Below are positions 56,880-64,000 of a stretch of 64,000 nt of DNA, one piece after another. How positions within the stretch are numbered: the first letter of the stretch is position 1; each line of letters opens with the position of its first letter. Under the pieces are notes generated by a model. The model did no database searches, had not been told where the DNA came from, and saw only the letters and a program-made list of their open reading frames with translations. The DNA comes from Vicinamibacteria bacterium (GTDB lineage: Bacteria > Acidobacteriota > Vicinamibacteria > Vicinamibacterales > JAENWD01), in contig CAWDZE010000012.1 of assembly GCA_963806705.1 (NCBI GenBank), positions 515,553-579,552 on the forward strand, given 5' to 3'. The translations under genes and the position numbers were made by a program.

Positions 56880-57146
56880 ATCCGCAGATTTTCGGATTAA
56901 CGGGATTCCCGGGCGTGAGGAACCCGAGCAACCCGCGGCGAAGCCGCGGCAGCGCGACAGGGAGAGGCGTGAGGATGAAAGCCCTCGAATCAAATGGCTC
57001 TCATCCTCACGCCTCTTCTCTGTCGCACTGACCGGCCGCTACGCGGCCGATGTTGCTCGGGTTCCGCTGTCTCCGGGCCGCCGCCAGTCTCGGCCTGTGA
57101 GAACAATTCCTCGCAAGAAATCCCGGCAATCCCTTAATCCGCGGAT
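56880..57146. other. Nested palindromic intergenic element
   Basis: Several concentric inverted repeats and two side hairpins (see findings). Confidence 0.65.
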
Positions 57147-57220
57147 CCTTCGAGGCGTCAGCCCGCCGTGAACCGTCGTCAGGGCGGGCGCAGCGTGACA
57201 GTTGTGGTCGCGGTATTTGC

Positions 57221-57988
57221 CTACCGAAGGCCGCGCACCAACCCGACTATCGCGCTGACGCCGGCTTCGACCAGGCCGCTCGAGACGGACCACCCGCCCC
57301 AGTCGGGCCGTTGCTCGATCTGATTGAAGAACGCCTCGACCTGGCGCCGCTCCCGCGCGAGCGCCAGGGGCAGCAAGGCCGCACCGAGGCTGGCCTGGTG
57401 GGCTTTTTCGGCGCGTCGATCCTCGGCGTCGCGGAGCGTTGTCAGCATTCGTTCGACCTGTGTGAAGTCGAGCATCGACAGCGCCGTACGGCAATAGGCG
57501 CACGCGCTCTCGTGCCGCAGATCGATGGGCGCGCCGCAGTTGGAGCAGTTCACCGAGCGCACCTGCGCACGCAGTTCTGCGACTTGCGCGGGCGTCAGCG
57601 GGCGCACGAAGTCCTTCTCGCGCAGAAAGTCGAAAAACGTGATGAAGCGGCCGTGCCGGCGACCGCACCGCCAGTAGCGAAAGGGAGTGTCGCGCTGGCG
57701 GTCGTGCGTGTCGATCAGCCGCAGGTCGCACCGCGTGCACTGCAGGCGGGCCGCGAGGGGATGACGCGAATCGGCACGGCGGTCGTGAATCAGCTCGAAC
57801 AACTGCAGCGTCGCGCCCGGCGTCAGGCGCAGGGTTTCACGGTCGTCGGCCCACAGCCCGTGGCAGCCATGGCAGGCGTCAAGCTGCACGGTCCCGCCGT
57901 AGTGTGCGTCGAGCAGCACCGCGGCCATGTCGGCCCGACACGACGGGCATCTGAGAGGAGGAGCGGCAGGCGAAGGCGAGGCGTCCAT
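57221..57988 (-). CDS. zf-TFIIB-type multi-zinc-ribbon protein (in frame with upstream AMMECR1 ORF as assembled)
   Basis: CPSC, CHGC.GLW.D..E, CTRC, CGRRHG.F, CSNCGAP, CAYC. Confidence 0.75.
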   Translation of the reverse strand: MDASPSPAAPPLRCPSCRADMAAVLLDAHYGGTVQLDACHGCHGLWADDRETLRLTPGATLQLFELIHDRRADSRHPLAARLQCTRCDLRLIDTHDRQRDTPFRYWRCGRRHGRFITFFDFLREKDFVRPLTPAQVAELRAQVRSVNCSNCGAPIDLRHESACAYCRTALSMLDFTQVERMLTTLRDAEDRRAEKAHQASLGAALLPLALARERRQVEAFFNQIEQRPDWGGWSVSSGLVEAGVSAIVGLVRGLR

Positions 57989-58537
57989 CAGGATTTCCGG
58001 CTCCCCAAAGATCTCGGCTTCAAACGTGAAGAGCTGTGCGCCCTGCTGCCACGCGTCGCCGGGCAGCCCCGCCTTCAGGCAGGTGTGCCGGAGGAACTCG
58101 TCTCGCGTCCATCCCCACTCGGTCGCCACCTGGGGCAGCAGCAGGCCATGCCGTCCTGCCAGGCGAATCACCAGGCCGTGCCGGCCCGGCTCGAGCGCCG
58201 AGGGGTCAGACAGGGGCGCCAACGGACCGAGCACCGACAGCTCGATGTGAATCCGCAGCAGTTCCCCCGCCGTCACCGGCGGGAACCGGGGATCCTCCAG
58301 GGCAGCGGCCCCGGCACAGTGCACGACGATATCGGCGAGCCGTTGTGGCTCGACCTGCCCGATACACCCCCGGAGGTCGCCAGCGCACTTGAGCGTGACA
58401 AACGCACCAGCGCGCTGGTCGAAGACGCCGTGACCGATCGCCGCCGGCGGCGCGTCCCTCTGCACGGCAGCCACCAGCGCCTGCCGCGCCAGGGCCAGCA
58501 GCGTCGTGCGCTCGTCGTCAGACCAGCTCATCGTCAT
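57988..58537 (-). CDS. amrA: AmmeMemoRadiSam system protein A (AMMECR1)
   Basis: GAFVTL..LRGCIG, DPRF, LLLPQV, LKAG, FEAEIF. Confidence 0.9.
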
Positions 58538-59391
58538 GCCGCTGCTGTCCAGACCGCGCTGGCATAGCCGACGACGCGCGCGACGTCGCCCGAGGCGTCG
58601 CCTGAGTCGCCGTACTGCCGGACGCCGCCGGAGGTCGCGCCCACGGCGCGCGACGCCCGCATGACGGCCGCCGCCGGCACGCCTCCGCAGGCGTGGCCAG
58701 GATCGCGCTCGAGGGCGTTCATCAACGACTCGGCGTCGCACGCCTCGAACGAGCCGAGCACCACCTCGTCGAGGCGCCGCGCCGTGGCCCGCGGATGATA
58801 GTGCGAGAGATCGCTGCTTGCGGCGAACACGACTCGGCGGCCTGCCGTCGCCCGCACGAGGGCATCGCCGATCGCAGCGGCGACATCGCGAGTGTGCTCG
58901 CCCACAAGAATCGGCACGACGGCAACGCCCGGTTGCGCGCGGGCCAGCAGCGGCAGATGGAGTTCGAGCGAATGCTCGGCCGCATGGACGTCACGACGCT
59001 CCTGCGCGAGCAGCGGCGACGCGTTGGCAAGCGCGTCGGCGATCTCCTCGTGCACGGGCAACGCGGCCCACGGCGTCGCGAGGCTGCCCCGGCGCAACAT
59101 CGCGCATCCCGAAAAGGCCGCGTAGTGCGAAGGCCCGATCAGCACGACCGCGTCGAGGGCGAGTCCCGCCAGCGGCTGGTAGCTCCAGGCGGCGATCCGT
59201 CCCGAGTACCGCAAGCCGGCATGCGGCGCCACGAGCGCGCACACACGCCCGGGTGGCAGCGACGTGACACCCGACAGCCAGGCGTCGACATCGCGAGCCA
59301 GCGCTGACGGATCCCGGTCGTACCACGTGCCAGAAAATGCAAGGCGACGCACGGGTTGCGGGCCTGAGTCGGGGGTCATTTGAGCCGGCAA
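58534..59391 (-). CDS. amrB: AmmeMemoRadiSam system protein B (MEMO1)
   Basis: GTWY, PHAG..YSG, GPSH, EHSLE, SSDLSHY, ACG, VVGY; start TTG 59391 or ATG 59379. Confidence 0.92.
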   Translation of the reverse strand: MPAQMTPDSGPQPVRRLAFSGTWYDRDPSALARDVDAWLSGVTSLPPGRVCALVAPHAGLRYSGRIAAWSYQPLAGLALDAVVLIGPSHYAAFSGCAMLRRGSLATPWAALPVHEEIADALANASPLLAQERRDVHAAEHSLELHLPLLARAQPGVAVVPILVGEHTRDVAAAIGDALVRATAGRRVVFAASSDLSHYHPRATARRLDEVVLGSFEACDAESLMNALERDPGHACGGVPAAAVMRASRAVGATSGGVRQYGDSGDASGDVARVVGYASAVWTAAA

Positions 59392-59396
59392 TCGCT

Positions 59397-59406
59397 ATGC
59401 TAGCAT
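59397..59406. promoter_or_regulatory. Palindromic bidirectional extended -10 box
   Basis: ATGCTAGCAT reads TG-C-TAGCAT on both strands, between divergent amrB and gatC. Confidence 0.55.
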
Positions 59407-59412
59407 CAGCGA

Positions 59413-59712
59413 ATGTCCGACGTGTTGTCTCGCGCGGAGGTGGCGCGCATCGCCGAACTGGCGCACCTCGAGTTGACCGATGCAGAGGCCGAGGCCTTCA
59501 CGCGTCAGCTGAGCGAGATCCTCGCCTACGCCATGCAGGTGCAGGCGATTGACACCTCCGGCGTGCCGCCCACCTCGCACGTCCTCACCGGCGCGCCCGT
59601 CGATCGCGACGACGTCGAGACGCCGTGCCTGGATCGGCAGACCGCTGTGATGGCCGCGCCCGACGGCGACGAGCCTGCCGGCTTGTTCCGCGTGCCGCGG
59701 GTGATCGGGTGA
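59413..59712 (+). CDS. gatC: Asp/Glu-tRNA amidotransferase subunit C
   Basis: [34 protein letters not shown]. Confidence 0.93.
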   Translation: MSDVLSRAEVARIAELAHLELTDAEAEAFTRQLSEILAYAMQVQAIDTSGVPPTSHVLTGAPVDRDDVETPCLDRQTAVMAAPDGDEPAGLFRVPRVIG

Positions 59713-61187
59713 TGGCGGCCGCGGGCCCTCTCACCATCGAAGCCGTCCGCACCGCCATCGACAGCGGCGACGCCACGGCCTCGTCGCTCTGCGAGGCTGC
59801 GCTCGAACGCATCGGCGAAAGCGACAGCCGCCTGGGCGCATTTCTCGCGGTGGCAACCGATACGGCGCGCGCCCGCGCGGCGCGGCTCGACAGGCTGCCC
59901 GGCAGCGCTCGCGGGCCGCTCCACGGCGTGCCGATCGCGCTCAAGGACAACCTGTGCACGCGGGGGCTCGTCACGACCGCGGCCTCAAAGATTCTCGGCG
60001 GCTACGTGCCTCCGTACGACGCGACGGTCGTCACGCGTCTCGAACAGGCTGGCGCCGTCGTCGTCGGCAAGGCCAATTGCGACGAGTTCGCGATGGGCTC
60101 GTCCACCGAGAATTCTGCGTTTGGCCCGACGCGTAACCCCTGGGACGTCTCCCGCACGCCGGGTGGATCGAGCGGCGGATCGGCGGTCGCCGTGGCCGCG
60201 GGCATGGTGCCGGTCTCGCTCGGCTCCGACACCGGCGGCTCGATTCGCCAGCCCGCGGCGTTCTGTGGCGTTGTGGGGCTCAAGCCCACCTACGGGCGCG
60301 TTTCGCGATACGGCCTGATCGCGTTTGCCTCGTCGCTCGATCAGATTGGGCCGTTTGCACGCACGGTCGGTGACGCCGCCCGGATGCTCACGGTGATGGC
60401 GGGGGCCGACAGCCACGACGCCACGGCCTCGCGCGAGCCGGTGGGCGACTACGTGGGCGCGCTGACCGGAGACGTCACGGGCCTGCGCATCGGCGTGCCC
60501 CGCGCGCTGGTTGGCGAGGGCGTCGATCCCGACATCGTCAAGGCGGTCGAAACGGCCCTGCATGTCCTGACTTCACGCGGCGCACGTCTGGTCGATGTCG
60601 ACCTGCCCCACGCGCGGTATGCGATTCCCGTCTACTACCTGGTCGCCACCGCCGAGGCCAGCTCGAACCTCGCCCGATTCGATGGCGTGCGCTACGGGTA
60701 CCGGACGTCTGAAGCGCGGACGCTCAAGGGGATGTACCTGAAGACCCGCGATGAGGCGTTTGGGACCGAGGTGAAGCGCCGCATCATGCTCGGCACGTAC
60801 GTGCTGAGCGCCGGCTACTACGACGCGTACTACCTGAAGGCGCAGCAGGTGCGGACGCTGATACGGCGAGACTACGAGGCCGCGTTTGCCGCCTGTGACG
60901 TCGTGGCCATGCCGACCACGCCACGGCCCGCGTTCCGCCTTGGGGAGAAGATCGACGACCCGCTGCAGATGTACCTGGAAGACATCTTTACGGTCAGCGC
61001 GAACCTGTCGGGGTTGCCGGCCATCAGCGTGCCGTGCGGGTTCTCGCCCACTCGCCTGCCGATCGGGCTGCAGTTGACGGGGCGGGCCTTCGACGAGGCG
61101 ACGCTGCTACGCGCCGCCGATGCCTACGAGCGGGAGACGGACTGGCATCGCCAGATGCCTGGCGCTCTCACGCGACCGCGGGTCTGA
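59712..61187 (+). CDS. gatA: Asp/Glu-tRNA amidotransferase subunit A
   Basis: [53 protein letters not shown]. Confidence 0.96.
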   Translation: MAAAGPLTIEAVRTAIDSGDATASSLCEAALERIGESDSRLGAFLAVATDTARARAARLDRLPGSARGPLHGVPIALKDNLCTRGLVTTAASKILGGYVPPYDATVVTRLEQAGAVVVGKANCDEFAMGSSTENSAFGPTRNPWDVSRTPGGSSGGSAVAVAAGMVPVSLGSDTGGSIRQPAAFCGVVGLKPTYGRVSRYGLIAFASSLDQIGPFARTVGDAARMLTVMAGADSHDATASREPVGDYVGALTGDVTGLRIGVPRALVGEGVDPDIVKAVETALHVLTSRGARLVDVDLPHARYAIPVYYLVATAEASSNLARFDGVRYGYRTSEARTLKGMYLKTRDEAFGTEVKRRIMLGTYVLSAGYYDAYYLKAQQVRTLIRRDYEAAFAACDVVAMPTTPRPAFRLGEKIDDPLQMYLEDIFTVSANLSGLPAISVPCGFSPTRLPIGLQLTGRAFDEATLLRAADAYERETDWHRQMPGALTRPRV

Positions 61188-61569
61188 AGCTCCGGAACAC
61201 CGCCCACACCAGCAGGCCGACAATCAGCAGCGGCAGCAGCGGCGCGACGATGGCGGCGATAGCGGCCAGCGCAGCCAGAACCGCCAGCACGACTCCCACC
61301 AGCAGGAGCAGCGGCACCATCACAACCCCGACGGCCATCTTGAGCACCGTCTTGGCGATCCAGAACGGGAAGAACAGGACCGCAAAGGCAATGCGAAACG
61401 GCAGGGTGATGGCGAAAAACAACACCTTGACCACCAGTACCCCCAGCATCACGATCGCGGCCGTCATCAGGCCCGTCATGACCAAGGTCGCCAGTCCGAG
61501 CAGCGTCAACACCGCATTGACCCCAACGCGCACGACGGGCACCCGCAGGGCATGGCGTCGATACACCAC
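61168..61569 (-). CDS. Small highly hydrophobic membrane protein
   Basis: Continuous hydrophobic helices with periodic Pro/Lys; real start may be ~61512. Confidence 0.6.
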   Translation of the reverse strand: MVYRRHALRVPVVRVGVNAVLTLLGLATLVMTGLMTAAIVMLGVLVVKVLFFAITLPFRIAFAVLFFPFWIAKTVLKMAVGVVMVPLLLLVGVVLAVLAALAAIAAIVAPLLPLLIVGLLVWAVFRSFRPAVA

Positions 61570-61657
61570 GGCTGCAGGGAAAGGCCCGTCGGCGAGTACT
61601 AGCCTTTACGAAGGGGGCGAAACGGAAGTTTCAGGGACGACAGCCCCACTTGGCGAC

Positions 61658-64000
61658 TCATCCCACTCGCCTGGATTGCTGGCTCTCCGTGACCTCGACC
61701 GGAATGCCGTCGCAGAACACGACCCGCGTGGACGCGACGGCCGCGATCCTTTCGCCTCCCGTTACTATGCCGGCCAGATTCAGCGGATCGGCGGCGCTGA
61801 CCGTGACCAAGTCGCCGGAAACGCGGCGGCGGCGGATCTCGCGCGCGCGCTCGACAGCGTCAGGCAGGGCGAACTGCTCGCCGGACATTCCGGCGACGAA
61901 CCGCCCGCCCCGAATCTCCCCGCGCGCTTCGAGACGTCGGTAGACCCTGACGAGCTCACGCCATGGGACGCCGTACGGCTCACGGGACAGCAGGCGTCTG
62001 AACATGACGCCATAGCGCGCCAGCAACGTCATCGCGTAATGCTGGACTGCCTCGTCGCGGGACAGCGACGGACCGTTGAGCGACAGCCGCGCCCAGCGCC
62101 CGCCTGCCATTGCTGGCACTCGGGCCCGGGAGCGAGGCCGGAAGCCCAAGGCATGACGCACGAGCGCCGTCTTCGGCGCGACCAGGGCGCGCAGGCCTCC
62201 GAACCCGTCGGAAGTCACCGCGCCGGCCGCCACCAGTTCGCCGAGTGCGGCTTGGACCGTGTCGCTCCCAAGGCCGGGCTCTGCGGTGAGTTCGTGGATG
62301 AACGAGGCACCGGCCCGATCGAGCGCGGTCAACAGCGCCTGCGCAGGAGCGCTGTGGGTCGCGGCGTCGATACTGACAGGCTCGATAGTCGATAGCGCTT
62401 GCCACACACGCAGGTGCTCACGCTGGAAAACCGACACCGGTGTGGCTCGGATGGGTCTGGAGGGCGTGCCGGCAGGCGCATTGGCCCGCGTCGGGCCGAG
62501 CCTTGCCCACCCGACTTCACCACTGAAGCACAACTGGTCGAGCATCGACGGGTCGTAGCGCTCAACCCGGGCTGGCAGCACGTGCCGTTCCCAGGCCGCC
62601 GCCGCAAGCTCGAACCCGTCGAGCTGAGAAACCGCGACCCTGAGGCCTTCGACTCCCGCCAGCCGGTCGATGGGCGTCACGTGCTGCCAGGCGAATAGGA
62701 ATCGCATGAACTCGGCGGGCGTGATGGGCTCGATGTCGGCACGCAGGCGCGTCAGCGTCTCCCGGTGGATGCGTGCGAGCAGCCGCCTGTCGCACCACTG
62801 CTCGCGCGCGCCGGACGCGTCAAACACCCCTCGCAGGACGAGTCCTTCGGATTCCAAGGCGATCAGCCCGGGAAGCGCCGTCGCTTCGGACAGGCCGACG
62901 GGCCACCCCAGCCGCTCGGCCGTCAGCGGCCCGAGCATCGCCATGCGCCCCTTCAGCAGTTCGGTCAGCGCCGCCTCCTGTGTCCACGGAACCGCGGCGC
63001 GTTCAGCGGGTGCCTCGATCGGCGAGGCAAGCGCTGCCGAAGGGAAGGCCGCTCGCAGTTCGGGAAGTCGTTCGGCAGCGACCCAGACCGGAACGGCCCA
63101 CGCGTTGGCAGACGCCTGCACAGCGCGGGCGCACGTCCCCAACTCGGTCAGCCAGTCCCGCCATCGCGCGTCGCGGCTGACTTCGTCATCGGTGAAGAAC
63201 CCCGCCGTCACCAGCGCGTCGTGTAGTTCGTCGGGATCGCGCGGATCGGGCCACGCCTCATTGGTCACTCTCGCGATGACCTCCGGGTTCAACAGCCCGA
63301 GACCGCCATTTGCGGTCGGATCGGTCGCACGCCGCGCTTGAACGGCATGCGCCCGGCGTTCCTCCAAAGGCGCGTCGTCGAGAAACGCATAAGGCCGGGC
63401 ATTCAGCAAGCCGTGCGAGAGAGCCGATGGCTCGGCTGTGTCCCGAGCGAGGCATCGGATCGCTCCGTTGTGAATCAGGTCGAGAATCTCGGTGAGGCGC
63501 GGGAGATCCATTGCCTCTTCGAGGCAATCGCGGACCGTCTGGTTGACCAGCGGGTGGTCCGGGATCTGGCGATCGCCTGGAATGTTCTCGAGGCATGCAG
63601 CCGCATCAGGGAAGGCCGCCGCCAGCAAATCGTCCGCCCGCATCCGTTGCAATGGCGCCGGGACCCGGCGACCGCCGGCGGCCCGGGGAACCGCCAGCGA
63701 GACGGTCGCATTCCACCGCCAGCGAGTCTTGAAAACCGGCGCGTCCAGAAAGGCCTGCACCAGCACGTCGCGAACGCTTGCGGGCGAGAGATAGCGGAAC
63801 ACGTCGGCAAGGGGAAACGAATGCTGTGGGCCGAGAGACAGCAGCAGCCCCTCTTCGGTGGCCGCCGCCTGCAGCTCGAAGTTGAACTGCCGACAGAAGC
63901 GCTTCCTCAACGCGAGCGCCCAGGCCCGATTTACGCGGCTGCCAAAGGGCGCATGCAACACGAGTTGCATACCTCCGGACTCGTCGAAGAAGCGTTCGAG
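61658..64000 (-). CDS. lhr: Lhr-family ATP-dependent helicase, C-terminal part (5' end outside window)
   Basis: ERFFDESGGMQLVLHAPFGSRVNRAW, WCDRRLLARIH, RYGVMF, GEIRGGRFVAG.SGEQFALP. Confidence 0.9.
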   Translation of the reverse strand, partial: LERFFDESGGMQLVLHAPFGSRVNRAWALALRKRFCRQFNFELQAAATEEGLLLSLGPQHSFPLADVFRYLSPASVRDVLVQAFLDAPVFKTRWRWNATVSLAVPRAAGGRRVPAPLQRMRADDLLAAAFPDAAACLENIPGDRQIPDHPLVNQTVRDCLEEAMDLPRLTEILDLIHNGAIRCLARDTAEPSALSHGLLNARPYAFLDDAPLEERRAHAVQARRATDPTANGGLGLLNPEVIARVTNEAWPDPRDPDELHDALVTAGFFTDDEVSRDARWRDWLTELGTCARAVQASANAWAVPVWVAAERLPELRAAFPSAALASPIEAPAERAAVPWTQEAALTELLKGRMAMLGPLTAERLGWPVGLSEATALPGLIALESEGLVLRGVFDASGAREQWCDRRLLARIHRETLTRLRADIEPITPAEFMRFLFAWQHVTPIDRLAGVEGLRVAVSQLDGFELAAAAWERHVLPARVERYDPSMLDQLCFSGEVGWARLGPTRANAPAGTPSRPIRATPVSVFQREHLRVWQALSTIEPVSIDAATHSAPAQALLTALDRAGASFIHELTAEPGLGSDTVQAALGELVAAGAVTSDGFGGLRALVAPKTALVRHALGFRPRSRARVPAMAGGRWARLSLNGPSLSRDEAVQHYAMTLLARYGVMFRRLLSREPYGVPWRELVRVYRRLEARGEIRGGRFVAGMSGEQFALPDAVERAREIRRRRVSGDLVTVSAADPLNLAGIVTGGERIAAVASTRVVFCDGIPVEVTESQQSRRVG

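Noticed and set aside
59413-61187. gatB missing from gatCA
   Set aside because: Unlinked gatB is common and cannot be judged from one window

Overview
High-GC bacterial chromosomal window. Gene content and repeat style suggest Acidobacteriota/Vicinamibacterales, but this is inference only. It is mostly housekeeping and amino-acid metabolism: lutA, rsgA, pheA-ilvD-ilvB-ilvN-ilvC, hppD-hmgA-fahA, rhomboid, typA, queG, acnA, asd-lysC-LysR, hom-thrB-thrC, lpxB/lpxD with an M16 peptidase pair, AmmeMemoRadiSam A/B, gatCA and a partial Lhr helicase. It also carries an Xre/RES toxin-antitoxin pair, a YtrA-type GntR/ABC cassette and several secreted peptidases. Many genes have single-base frameshifts, most likely long-read assembly errors, so apparent fusions and pseudogenes need caution. 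The most notable unannotated signals are: (1) a 31-aa Thr/Ile/Met/Lys-rich leader peptide with pause, antiterminator and terminator hairpins upstream of asd-lysC-LysR; (2) about a dozen intergenic arrays of 7-, 8- and 9-nt units, often in inverted arms; (3) two large palindromic elements (9844-10041 and about 56880-57146); (4) REP-like hairpins at stop codons and inside genes; (5) about 12 probable leaderless promoters, one a palindromic bidirectional -10 box; (6) a secreted accessory protein + matrixin protease + outer-membrane barrel operon. No rRNA, tRNA, CRISPR array or transposase was seen.
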